A DNA stretch of 64,000 nt. Origin: Bulleidia sp. Lineage in GTDB: Bacteria; Bacillota; Clostridia; Oscillospirales; Butyricicoccaceae. The notes under the pieces are model-generated. The model searched no databases and was not told the DNA's origin. It saw only the letters and a program-made list of their open reading frames with translations. This document shows positions 48,172 to 57,674 of this stretch, piece by piece (the stretch's first letter is position 1; the number at the start of each line of letters is the position of its first letter). The stretch covers positions 21,633 through 85,632 of the forward strand of contig CAVLCS010000001.1 in assembly GCA_963661675.1 (NCBI GenBank). The letters run 5' to 3'. Made by a program: the position numbers and the translations under genes.

Positions 48172-49547
48172 AAAAGAATTTCCTGAAAAAGCAGGATTTC
48201 CTGCTGAAGATTTTGTCGCTGGCCCTGTCGGTCGTTCTGTGGGCGGTCGTTATGGATATCGACAACCCGGAACGCAACATGCGCTTTGACGATGTGCCGG
48301 TGCGCATTATCGGTGCGTCTCAGCTGAAAGCCGCGACCGGTCTGGAACTCATCGAAGGCGAGGACACGACCGTTACGGTCAGTCTGCGCGGTCAGAGCAA
48401 GAGCGTCGGTGAAGTCCGCGCCAGCCAGATCACCGCAAATGTGGATATCTCGGGTCTGACCGAGGCCAATGAATACGATCTTCCGGTCACTGTGTCGGTC
48501 AACAAGTCCGGCGTGGAGACCAATTATGTCAATCCCGGCAAGATACACGTCCGCGTGGATCGTGTGGAGAGCAAGGATGTGCCGGTCGAAGTGAGCGTCA
48601 CGGGTACGCCGGTGGACGGCTATCGTGCCGGCAAGCCGACCACCGCGACCAAGAAGGTGACCGTTCAGGGTCCGGCGACCGAGCTGGCGCAGGTAGCCAA
48701 GGCGGTTGCGACCGTGGACGTTTCCGGCCGCGATTCCTCGCTGAGCGACTACGAATGCCCGGTTACCCTGTACGATCAGGACGGTGCGGTCATCACCTCG
48801 ACCTATGTCACCAGCCAGACTGAAAAGATCAAGGTTTCCGTGCCGATCTGCCGTGTCAACAACATCCCGCTGACCGTTACCCTCAAGGATGGCGGCAACC
48901 TGACGCAGAATCAGGTGCAGTGCGTCATTGATCCGGAGAACGTGCAGGTCATCGCAAGCGATCAGGCGGTGCTGAACGATATCAAGGAGATCAATCTCGG
49001 CGAGATCGACCTCGGCAGCGTCCGCACGGGTACGCCGATCACGATGTCCATCAAGGATAAGCTGCCGAGCGGTGTTTCGCTCGTCAGCGGTCAGCCGGAG
49101 ACCGCCAGCGTCACCATCTCGGTGGACGGTATTGCGACCCGCAAGATCCAGGTCTCCAAGTTCGCGTGGAACGACACCGCACAGGACCGCACACCGTACA
49201 AGGTGACGATTCTGACCCAGTCGGTCGAGATGGAGCTGCGCGGCAGCGAGAGCCAGCTGGAAAAGGTTGACGTGAGCAGCCTGTCCATCGGCCTGACCTA
49301 CGATTCGGTATCGCTGGGTACCGGCCGCCACAAGGTCAAGGGCGTAGCCACGACCATCGGCCTGCCGAGCGGCGTAACGCTGGTCGAGGAGGATATCGAG
49401 GTCGAAATTGAAATTACCGACCCGAATGCGGATTCGTCCTCGGACGAAACCGTAACCTCGGGCAAGAGCGACACCACGGACAGCTCGGACACCGCCACGG
49501 CGGAGCCGACTGCTCGCCGCACCAAGAAGGGCGGTGACAGCCAGTGA
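48168..49547 (+). CDS. cdaR: CdaA regulator (YbbR domains)
   Basis: N-terminal TM, repeated YbbR-like domains, GTGA overlap with cdaA. Confidence 0.85.
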   Translation: MKKNFLKKQDFLLKILSLALSVVLWAVVMDIDNPERNMRFDDVPVRIIGASQLKAATGLELIEGEDTTVTVSLRGQSKSVGEVRASQITANVDISGLTEANEYDLPVTVSVNKSGVETNYVNPGKIHVRVDRVESKDVPVEVSVTGTPVDGYRAGKPTTATKKVTVQGPATELAQVAKAVATVDVSGRDSSLSDYECPVTLYDQDGAVITSTYVTSQTEKIKVSVPICRVNNIPLTVTLKDGGNLTQNQVQCVIDPENVQVIASDQAVLNDIKEINLGEIDLGSVRTGTPITMSIKDKLPSGVSLVSGQPETASVTISVDGIATRKIQVSKFAWNDTAQDRTPYKVTILTQSVEMELRGSESQLEKVDVSSLSIGLTYDSVSLGTGRHKVKGVATTIGLPSGVTLVEEDIEVEIEITDPNADSSSDETVTSGKSDTTDSSDTATAEPTARRTKKGGDSQ

Positions 49548-51124
49548 GCCTGATGGTAACCAACATCCGTCTGCCGTTCGACCTGCCGGAGGAAGCCGCT
49601 ATCGCGGAGGCGTACCGGCTGACCGGACTTTCGGCAAACGACATGCAGGCGGCAGTCTGCCGCGTCAGCATTGATGCGCGGCGCGGACAGATCAGCCGTG
49701 TATATTCGGTGCGCTTAGACGCGCCGTTCGACGAAAAGGCATTTGCAGAAAAACTGCAAATGCCCTTCGTGCGTTATAAACCCAATACGAAAATAGAAAT
49801 TCCGCACGGTGAAAAGCGGCTTGAGCACCGTCCGGTCGTGGTCGGACTCGGCCCTGCGGGCCTGTTTGCGGCCTATGTGCTGGCAAAATACGGCTACCGT
49901 CCGCTCGTTTTGGAGCGCGGCGGCAATCTGGATGAGCGCGACAAGGTCGTGGATGCGTTCTGGAAGGGCGGTGCGCTCGATACGAACTGCAATATCCAGT
50001 TCGGCGAGGGCGGTGCCGGCGCCTACTCGGACGGCAAGCTGACCACGAGAATCGGTGATCCGCTGTGCGATAATGTGCTTGCAATCCTCGCTGAGCACGG
50101 TGCGCCGGCGGATATCGTCAAGAAGGCCAAGCCGCATGTCGGCACGGATATCCTCAAGAATGTCGTGCGGGAAATGCGGCACGAAATCATCAAAAACGGC
50201 GGTGAAGTGCGGTTTCGTACCCCGCTGACCGGCGTTTCGGTTAAAAATGGAGCACTCACTGCCATCCAGGCGGACGGTCAGGACATTGCCTGCGAGCGGG
50301 CAGTGCTGGCCATCGGCCACTCGGCACGGGACACCTTTGCCGCGCTGCACGAAAACGGCGTGTACTTTGAGCCGAAGGCGTTCTCGGTGGGCGTGCGTAT
50401 CGAGCACCTGCAGACCGAGATCGATAAGGCGCTCTACGGCAAGCTGGCCGGACATCCGATGCTGCCGCCTGCGGAGTACAATCTGTCCCGCAGAGCGGAC
50501 GGACGCGCGTGCTATTCCTTCTGCATGTGCCCGGGCGGTGTGGTCGTCGCGGCCCAGAGCGAGCAAAACACGGTCGTCACCAACGGCATGAGTTATCACG
50601 CCCGAGACGGCAGAAACGCCAACGCGGCTCTGGCCGTGTCGGTCGATCCGAAGGACTACGACGACGGTACGCCGTTCGGCGGTGTGGCGCTGCAGCGGCA
50701 GATCGAGCACGCGGCATACGCGCAGACCGGCTCGTATCGGGCGCCGTGCCAGAAAGTCGGCGATTTTCTGGCGGGCAAGCCGACGCATAAGCTCGGTGCG
50801 GTCAAGCCCAGCTATCCCATCGGCGTGGAGCTTGGCGAGGCGGCAGCCTGCCTGCCGGATTTTGCCCAGACCATGCTGCGCGACAGCCTGCCGTATTTCG
50901 GCAGGAAAATCCGCGGCTACGACGCGGCGGACGCCCTGCTGACCGGTCCGGAAACGCGGACTTCGTCTCCGGTGCGCATGACACGCGGCGAGGACCTGTT
51001 CGGCCTCGGCTGCACAGGCATCATTCCGTGCGGCGAAGGCGCCGGATACGCGGGCGGGATTATGTCCGCCGCGGTGGACGGCATTCGGGCAGCGTTTCGG
51101 ATTATGCAGGAATTTACCAATTAA
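49544..51124 (+). CDS. NAD(P)/FAD-dependent oxidoreductase
   Basis: VVGLGPAG, FGEGGAGAYSDGKL, SFCMCPGG, ETRTSSP, GEGAGYAGGI. Confidence 0.85.
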   Translation: MSLMVTNIRLPFDLPEEAAIAEAYRLTGLSANDMQAAVCRVSIDARRGQISRVYSVRLDAPFDEKAFAEKLQMPFVRYKPNTKIEIPHGEKRLEHRPVVVGLGPAGLFAAYVLAKYGYRPLVLERGGNLDERDKVVDAFWKGGALDTNCNIQFGEGGAGAYSDGKLTTRIGDPLCDNVLAILAEHGAPADIVKKAKPHVGTDILKNVVREMRHEIIKNGGEVRFRTPLTGVSVKNGALTAIQADGQDIACERAVLAIGHSARDTFAALHENGVYFEPKAFSVGVRIEHLQTEIDKALYGKLAGHPMLPPAEYNLSRRADGRACYSFCMCPGGVVVAAQSEQNTVVTNGMSYHARDGRNANAALAVSVDPKDYDDGTPFGGVALQRQIEHAAYAQTGSYRAPCQKVGDFLAGKPTHKLGAVKPSYPIGVELGEAAACLPDFAQTMLRDSLPYFGRKIRGYDAADALLTGPETRTSSPVRMTRGEDLFGLGCTGIIPCGEGAGYAGGIMSAAVDGIRAAFRIMQEFTN

Positions 51125-51144
51125 GAACAATTTGAATCTATTCC

Positions 51145-51366
51145 GTAGGGCGGGGTGCCCTCACCCCGCCGTTTGTAAATTCATCTGCACATTTATCTCG
51201 TAGGGGAGCACAGTGTGCTCCCACGTTATGGTTATATGGGTGCGTGGGCGAACGCTGTTCGCCCCTACGGTTACACGGGTGCAGATTGTTTATACGGCGG
51301 GGTGGGGGCAGAAGGTGAATTGCGGCAAAGCCGCAAGAGAAGCCACTCTGGAGTGCCCCGCCCTAC
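51145..51366. repeat. Four-REP composite; last REP has a 45-bp insert
   Basis: Forward 51145, 51200; reverse ending 51268, 51366; spacers homologous to 44153-44332. Confidence 0.85.
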
Positions 51367-51403
51367 GGAGAAGGTAAAAACATACGTTTTGGAGAGGATA
51401 TAA

Positions 51404-51817
51404 ATGACCCAACAGGGAACCATCAAAAAGCTATTGCCAAACGGTTTAGCTGAGGTCGAGGTAACACGCCGTTCGGCGTGCGGCCACGACTGCGCCAAGT
51501 GCGGCGGCTGCGGCGGCCTGGAGACCCAGACGCTGTATGTGACCGCCCGCAATCACGCGCATGCGTCCATCGGCGACCGCGTACTGCTCGAGGGCGAGAC
51601 CAAGCAGGTGCTCGGCTTTGCCATGCTCGTGTATCTGCTGCCGCTCGTGCTGTTTTTCGTCGGCTACGGCGTCGGTGCGGGTATGCAGCTTGGCGGCGGA
51701 CTGTCCGCGCTGATCGGCGGCGTGCTGTTCGTCATCGGCATTCTGGCGGCCATGTGGTACAGCCATAAGCTGAAACTCAAGAACGAAGCACCGTTTGCCA
51801 TCACCGAAAGACTTTAA
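51404..51817 (+). CDS. RseC/MucC-family membrane protein
   Basis: RRSACGHDCAKCGGC, GDRV, VYLLPL. Confidence 0.82.
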   Translation: MTQQGTIKKLLPNGLAEVEVTRRSACGHDCAKCGGCGGLETQTLYVTARNHAHASIGDRVLLEGETKQVLGFAMLVYLLPLVLFFVGYGVGAGMQLGGGLSALIGGVLFVIGILAAMWYSHKLKLKNEAPFAITERL

Positions 51818-51990
51818 GAATAGAGTGGAGAGTTGAGAGTGGAGACACCCACCGCAGTGGGCGTCCAGCGAGCAACCGCCGTAAGGCGGCTCTTAGCGAG
51901 TCGGTGTGAAGAGTGGAGATTTACCTGTTTCTATGGCGAAACGCCCAATCCAAACCATCTCTTCACTCTCCACTCCTCACTCTTCACTCT
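51817..51990. repeat. Heptad inverted-arm element with a 60-bp insert (51846-51905)
   Basis: GAGAGTG heptads; insert is the exact reverse complement of 62340-62399. Confidence 0.85.
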
Positions 51991-52139
51991 GCTACAGAGG
52001 GTTTCGCGACAGCTCCTTTGAATTTTTTATGAATTTTCGCCAATTTTCCGCGTTCGCCCTTGTCATATACGCAAAAGTTCGGTAAAATAGATTGAATACG
52101 AAAGTCCGTGCACACCGCACGGCTGGAAAGGGCTATGCG

Positions 52140-53024
52140 ATGTTTGGCTTTATCCGTCCGGTGAAAGCCGAGCTGCGGGTGAAGGAAGCTGACCGGTTTC
52201 AGCAGGTTTACTGCGGCTTATGCCACACGATCCGCGAGGAATACGGCAGATTTTACACCCTGTTTTTAAGCTACGATATGACGTTTTTTGCACTTGTCGC
52301 CGGAAGTGAGGAGGCGGAGACGGCTCCGCCGTGCAGAAAACGCTGCGATGCTTCTCCGTTTCGCAAGAAATGCTGTGCTGTGCCGGATGACGCACTGCGT
52401 CTGGCGGCGGACGCGAGCATCCTGCTGACGTATCACAAGTTTCAGGATGACTTAGCGGACGAAAAGGGTGCCAAACGGGCGCTTGCGGCGCTGCTGTGCA
52501 AAATCGGCAAACGCGGCTACGAGAAGGCACGCGCGCGCATGCCCGAAGCGGATGCAGATATCCGGCAGGCGCTGGAGGATCTGCAAAAGCTGGAAGCGGA
52601 ACGCTGCCCGTCCATGGACCGTGCAGCGGACACATCCTCACGCATGACAGCCGCCGTGGTGCCGCACACAGGAGACACCCGAGAGCGTATTCTGCACCAG
52701 ATGTTCTACCAGATCGGCAGATGGATCTATCTTGTCGATGCGGTGCAGGACATCAAAAAGGATATGGAAGAGAACAGCTACAATCCGGTCATTCTGCGGT
52801 ACGAACTGCAAAGTCCGGACATTTCGGCGGTCAGACAACCGCTCGAGCGCACGCTCGAACGCTCTCTGGCGGATATCTGCATGGCGTTTGACCTGCTCCG
52901 TCCGCAGAGAGACGCAGACCTGATCCGCAATATCATTTTCCTGGGTATGCCGACCGTCACCCGACAGGTGCTCGACGGCACATACCAGACGAACGAAGGA
53001 AGGGGCAAACATGGATCCCTATAA
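52140..53024 (+). CDS. DUF5685-family protein
   Basis: MFGFIRP...YCGLCH...LSYDMTF; KFQDDLADE; GRWIYLVDA..D; SYNP. Confidence 0.78.
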   Translation: MFGFIRPVKAELRVKEADRFQQVYCGLCHTIREEYGRFYTLFLSYDMTFFALVAGSEEAETAPPCRKRCDASPFRKKCCAVPDDALRLAADASILLTYHKFQDDLADEKGAKRALAALLCKIGKRGYEKARARMPEADADIRQALEDLQKLEAERCPSMDRAADTSSRMTAAVVPHTGDTRERILHQMFYQIGRWIYLVDAVQDIKKDMEENSYNPVILRYELQSPDISAVRQPLERTLERSLADICMAFDLLRPQRDADLIRNIIFLGMPTVTRQVLDGTYQTNEGRGKHGSL

Positions 53025-53640
53025 AGTGCTCGGTGTAACACCGCAGACGAGCGACGATGACGTCAAGCGCGCCTACCGCGAGCTGGCGCGCAAGTATCAT
53101 CCGGACAACTATGTAAACAATCCGCTGGCGGATTTAGCCGAGACCCGCATGAAGGAGATCAACGAAGCGTACGACATGATCATGAACGAACGCTCGGGCA
53201 AGACCTCTGCGGGCAGCCAGCAGCAGGGCTACGGCGGTGCGTATAACGGTCAGCAGTACGGCGGCTATCAGCAGCGGACGTATGCCGGACCGAATGCCGC
53301 GCTGTACAGTCAGGTGCGGCAGGCCATCAATCAGGGCAACCTCGGCATGGCGGAAGCGCTGCTGCAGAGAGCCGCAGGCCGTGATGCGGAGTGGTTCTAT
53401 CTGACCGGCACGGTGTACTACCGCAAGGGCTGGTACGATGAGGCTGCCCGCGCCTACACGCAGGCGTGCCAGATGGACCCGACCAACGCGGAGTATCAGC
53501 ATGCGCTGCAGAATCTGCATCTGTCCGGCGGCTACGGCGGCTACCGACCCATGCAGGAGACCAGCATGTGCGATTTCTGTGTACAGATGGCCATCTGCAA
53601 CTGCTGTCTGAACGCCTGCTGCACGGGAGGCGGCTGCTGA
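53011..53640 (+). CDS. J-domain protein with TPR-like middle and Cys-rich C-terminus
   Basis: DPYKVLGV, AYRELARKYHPD, EINEAYD; AEWFYLTG...GWYDEA; CDFCVQMAICNCCLNACC. Confidence 0.85.
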   Translation: MDPYKVLGVTPQTSDDDVKRAYRELARKYHPDNYVNNPLADLAETRMKEINEAYDMIMNERSGKTSAGSQQQGYGGAYNGQQYGGYQQRTYAGPNAALYSQVRQAINQGNLGMAEALLQRAAGRDAEWFYLTGTVYYRKGWYDEAARAYTQACQMDPTNAEYQHALQNLHLSGGYGGYRPMQETSMCDFCVQMAICNCCLNACCTGGGC

Positions 53641-53641
53641 T

Positions 53642-54148
53642 ATGAGCACGCGCGAAATCGCCCGCGGCGGACTTTTGGCGGCGGCAGCCACGGCGTGGCT
53701 GTACCTCGGCGGTGTCATGCCGCAGATCGGACCGGCAGCCTGCATCATGGCGGGTGTCGCCTCGGCGATACCGCTGCTGCGCCGCGCACAGGTGAAAACA
53801 GCCGTGCTGCTGTACATCGTCACCTCGGTGCTCGGGCTGCTGCTCACACCGCGCAAGCTGGTCGCGGCGGCCTATGTGCTGCTGTTCGGCCTGTACCCGA
53901 TCGTAAAATATCTGATCGAGTGCCGTATGCCGGTTTTCACGCAGCTGAGCGGCAAGCTGGCGTATTTCAATGTGGTACTGGTGATCGCGGGTGTGTTAGT
54001 GGCCTGCGGTCTGTTTCCACAGCTGCAGCTGCCGGGGATTTTCCGTCTCGCCGGACTGTGGATCGCGGCCAATATCGGCTTTATTGTATATGATATCGGG
54101 CTTTCGCGGCTGATCGCGCTTTTGCGCAGAACACTGCCGCCCGAATAA
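53642..54148 (+). CDS. Hypothetical membrane protein
   Basis: Several hydrophobic helices, FGLYPIVK. Confidence 0.75.
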   Translation: MSTREIARGGLLAAAATAWLYLGGVMPQIGPAACIMAGVASAIPLLRRAQVKTAVLLYIVTSVLGLLLTPRKLVAAAYVLLFGLYPIVKYLIECRMPVFTQLSGKLAYFNVVLVIAGVLVACGLFPQLQLPGIFRLAGLWIAANIGFIVYDIGLSRLIALLRRTLPPE

Positions 54149-54166
54149 GAAGGGGAAGAGATATCT

Positions 54167-55042
54167 ATGAAGAGTATGACCGGCTACGGCCGTGCCAAGC
54201 AGGAGCTGCACGGCAGAACCATCACCGCGGAGCTGCGTGCGGTCAACCATCGCTATCTGGACTGCACGGTAAAAGCGCCGCGGCAGTATGGATTTCTGGA
54301 TGACGCAGTAAAAAAGGCCGCTGCGGCACGCATTGCACGCGGCAAGGTAGAGGTTTACATCAATGTCGAGACGCAGGAAGGCGGCGACATCGCGGTTACG
54401 GTAAACCATGCACTCGCGGAGCATTATCTGGCGGCGCTGCATGAGCTGGCCGACAAATACGGCCTGCGTGACGACGTGAGCGTGATGAGTCTGGCCAAGC
54501 TGCCGGACGTGCTCGGCTCCGAGCGGATCGAGCAGGACGCGGACGAGATGACCTGCGATGTGCTGTCCGTCTTTAACGAAGCGTGCGACAATTTCGACGA
54601 AATGCGTACCCGTGAGGGTGCCAAGCTGGCAGAGGACGTACGCAATCGTGCATCTGAAATTGAGCGTATGGTCGGTGAGGTCGAAGTCCGTTCGCCCGAG
54701 CGCGTGCGCGAGTACCGCGAGAAGCTGCTCGCCCGCATGAAGGAAGTGCTGGCGGATACGTCCATCGACGAGACCCGCATCGTCACCGAGGCGGCCATCT
54801 ATGCGGACAAGACCGCCGTGGACGAGGAGACCGTGCGTCTGCGCAGCCATCTGCAGCAGCTGGACGGCATGCTGAATGAGGTCAAGCCGGTCGGCCGCAA
54901 GCTGGATTTCCTGGTGCAGGAAATGAACCGCGAGACCAATACCATCGGCTCCAAGGCGAATGATGTGTCTATGGCGCAGATCGTTGTCAATATCAAGAGC
55001 GAGATCGAGAAGATTCGCGAACAGATTCAGAATATCGAGTAA
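54167..55042 (+). CDS. yicC: YicC/YloC-family endoribonuclease
   Basis: MKSMTGYG, AVNHRYLD, GRKLDFLVQEMNRETNTIGSK, REQIQNIE. Confidence 0.93.
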   Translation: MKSMTGYGRAKQELHGRTITAELRAVNHRYLDCTVKAPRQYGFLDDAVKKAAAARIARGKVEVYINVETQEGGDIAVTVNHALAEHYLAALHELADKYGLRDDVSVMSLAKLPDVLGSERIEQDADEMTCDVLSVFNEACDNFDEMRTREGAKLAEDVRNRASEIERMVGEVEVRSPERVREYREKLLARMKEVLADTSIDETRIVTEAAIYADKTAVDEETVRLRSHLQQLDGMLNEVKPVGRKLDFLVQEMNRETNTIGSKANDVSMAQIVVNIKSEIEKIREQIQNIE

Positions 55043-55060
55043 ATAGGAGTGAAGTCAGCG

Positions 55061-55324
55061 ATGAAGCTCATCAATATCGGATTTGGCAATATGGTCGCTT
55101 CGTCGCGGCTGATCGCCATTGTCAGCCCGGAATCCGCACCGGTCAAGCGCACCGTGCAGGAGGCCCGTGACCGCGGCATGGTCGTGGACGGCACCTACGG
55201 CAGACGCACCCGCGCTGTACTCATCATGGACAGCGACCATGTGGTGCTGAGCGCTCTGCAGCCGGAAACTGTTGCGGCTCGTTTCGCGGGCGAGACCGAG
55301 GAAGGAGAACCAGAAGATGCGTAA
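55061..55324 (+). CDS. remA: DUF370 / RemA-family protein
   Basis: [35 protein letters not shown]. Confidence 0.9.
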   Translation: MKLINIGFGNMVASSRLIAIVSPESAPVKRTVQEARDRGMVVDGTYGRRTRAVLIMDSDHVVLSALQPETVAARFAGETEEGEPEDA

Positions 55325-55874
55325 GGGAACATTGTATGTATTCACCGGACCGTCCGGTGCAGGCAAGGGCACAGTGCTGTCCAAGCTGCTGAGCGAGGAC
55401 GAGAAGCTGTTCTTCTCGATCTCCGCGACCACACGTGCGCCGCGTCCGGGGGAAAAGGACGGCGTACAGTATTATTTCCTCACGAAAGAGGACTTTGAGG
55501 GCAAGATTGCCGCAAATGCGTTCCTCGAGCACGCCAAGTACGTGGATAACTACTACGGCACGCTGGAGGCTCCGGTGAACGAAAAGCTGGAGGTCGGCTA
55601 TGACGTTATCCTCGAAATCGAGGTGCAGGGCGCTATGCAGGTGCATGAGAAGCGTCCGGATGCCGTTATGGTGTTCATCGCACCGCCGTCGTTCGAGGAA
55701 CTCGCCAACCGTCTGCGCGGACGCGGCACCGAGGACGAAGCCAAGGTGCAGAAGCGTCTCGAGACCGCCAAGGGCGAGCTTGCGCAGCAGGATAAATTCG
55801 ATTACGTCGTCGTAAACGACACGGTGGAGCGTGCGGTAAACGAACTGCATGAAATCCTCGCAAAACGCCGTTAA
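55317..55874 (+). CDS. gmk: Guanylate kinase
   Basis: [32 protein letters not shown]. Confidence 0.95.
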   Translation: MRKGTLYVFTGPSGAGKGTVLSKLLSEDEKLFFSISATTRAPRPGEKDGVQYYFLTKEDFEGKIAANAFLEHAKYVDNYYGTLEAPVNEKLEVGYDVILEIEVQGAMQVHEKRPDAVMVFIAPPSFEELANRLRGRGTEDEAKVQKRLETAKGELAQQDKFDYVVVNDTVERAVNELHEILAKRR

Positions 55875-55943
55875 ACGACATAATATAAACAGAAACTTTC
55901 ATAAAATAAAACTATATCTGGTAAATAAGGAGAACTGATTACT

Positions 55944-56348
55944 ATGCTGAACCCTTCGATGCAGGAACTGATGAAACGAGTAGGCAACCGCTATCTGCTG
56001 GTAAACCTGGCTGCACAGCGTGCCCGCGATATCGCGGACGAGGCCGAGGAAAAGGGTGAGCCGCTGCCGGACAAGGCTGTCAAGCTGGCGCTCGACGAGA
56101 TCGCAGAGGGCAAGATCGTTTACCGTCCGGGCCCGCGTGTTGAGCCGACCATTCCGCAGAACAACGCCATCGCAGGCTCCATGGTTGACGTGGATGACAC
56201 CCTCGATCTCGATGAGGACGACGAGCACACCGATTCCGAGGACGACGAGGACAAGGACGACACCGAGGACGCTGGCGAAGTACGCCGCCTGAACGAGTTT
56301 GACGACGGCTCTCTGAGCGACGGCGACATTCCGGAGGAGGACCTCTAA
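55944..56348 (+). CDS. rpoZ: RNA polymerase omega subunit with acidic C-terminal extension
   Basis: PSMQELM...NRYLLVNLAAQRAR...KAVKLALDEI; gmk-coaBC context. Confidence 0.88.
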   Translation: MLNPSMQELMKRVGNRYLLVNLAAQRARDIADEAEEKGEPLPDKAVKLALDEIAEGKIVYRPGPRVEPTIPQNNAIAGSMVDVDDTLDLDEDDEHTDSEDDEDKDDTEDAGEVRRLNEFDDGSLSDGDIPEEDL

Positions 56349-56351
56349 GCC

Positions 56352-57545
56352 ATGCGTTTTGCAGGGAAAACGGTCGTTTTGTGCGTCACAGGCGGCATTG
56401 CGGCCTATAAAGCTGCCGATCTGACCAGCAAGCTGCACCAGAACGGTGCGACCGTTCATGTGCTGATGACCGAGTCCGCGGCACAGTTTATTGCGCCGAT
56501 GACGTTTGAAACGCTGTCCGGCAACCGTGCGGTCGTGGACACGTTTGACCGCAGCTTTCCGTGGGAGGTCGAGCATATTTCGCTCGCCAAGGCGGCTGAC
56601 GTGTTCGTCATCGCACCGGCGACCGCGAATGTCATCGCCAAGGCCGCCCACGGCATCGCGGACGACATGGTAACGACCACGCTGCTTGCCACCAAGGCTC
56701 CGGTCGTGGTCGCTCCGGCGATGAACACCGGCATGTACGACAATCCGGTGACGCAGGAGAATCTCGCGACGCTGAAAAAACGCGGCTTTCATATCATCGA
56801 GCCGGACGCCGGCCATCTCGCCTGCGGCGACAGCGGCCGCGGCAAGCTGCCGGACACGCCAACGCTCCTGTGGGGCATTGAAAAGGCGCTGACCGAGCAG
56901 GATCTGGCCGGAAAGCACGTTCTCGTGACCGCCGGTCCGACGCAGGAGGCCATGGATCCGGTGCGGTTCCTGTCCAACCACTCCACCGGCAAGATGGGCT
57001 ACGCCATTGCGGCTCGTGCTGCTATGCGCGGCGCAGACGCGACGCTCGTTTCCGGCCCGACCGCACTGGATACGCCGCACGGCGTAAACCGTGTGGATAT
57101 CATTTCCGCACGCGATATGTTCGACGCGGTGACGAGCCGCGCACCCGAACAGGATTTCATCATCAAGGCCGCCGCCGTGGGCGATTACCGTCCGGCGCAG
57201 ACCGCGGATGAAAAGCTCAAGAAGGGTGACGGCGAGATGAATATCGAGCTGACCCGCAATCCGGATATCCTCGCCGCACTCGGCAAGGACAAAAAGCCCG
57301 GACAGCTGCTGTGCGGCTTCGCGATGGAGACGCAGAATCTGCTCGATAACGCCGAGAGCAAGCTGCGCCGCAAGAACTGCGATATGCTCGTGGCGAACTC
57401 GCTGCGGGATAAAGGTGCCGGATTTGGTACGGATACCAATGTCGCGACGCTGCTGTTCAAGGACGGACATCGGGAGACACCGCCGATGATGAGTAAGGAA
57501 GATTTGGCGGACCTGATTCTTGACTGCTTACTCTCTATGAAATAA
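56352..57545 (+). CDS. coaBC: Bifunctional CoaBC
   Basis: TGGIAAYKA, APATAN, PAMN, TAGPT.E..DPVRF.SN.STGKMG, GFAMET. Confidence 0.95.
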   Translation: MRFAGKTVVLCVTGGIAAYKAADLTSKLHQNGATVHVLMTESAAQFIAPMTFETLSGNRAVVDTFDRSFPWEVEHISLAKAADVFVIAPATANVIAKAAHGIADDMVTTTLLATKAPVVVAPAMNTGMYDNPVTQENLATLKKRGFHIIEPDAGHLACGDSGRGKLPDTPTLLWGIEKALTEQDLAGKHVLVTAGPTQEAMDPVRFLSNHSTGKMGYAIAARAAMRGADATLVSGPTALDTPHGVNRVDIISARDMFDAVTSRAPEQDFIIKAAAVGDYRPAQTADEKLKKGDGEMNIELTRNPDILAALGKDKKPGQLLCGFAMETQNLLDNAESKLRRKNCDMLVANSLRDKGAGFGTDTNVATLLFKDGHRETPPMMSKEDLADLILDCLLSMK

Positions 57546-57674
57546 TTAGTAGTTAGTAATTAGGAATTAGTAATTACGCGAAGGCAGACGTTTCCGCAGG
57601 GGCGGAGCGTGTGCAGAATGTAAATGATTGCAGGGACGCGCAATGCGCGTCCCCAAACGAAAGGTTGTGATTCT

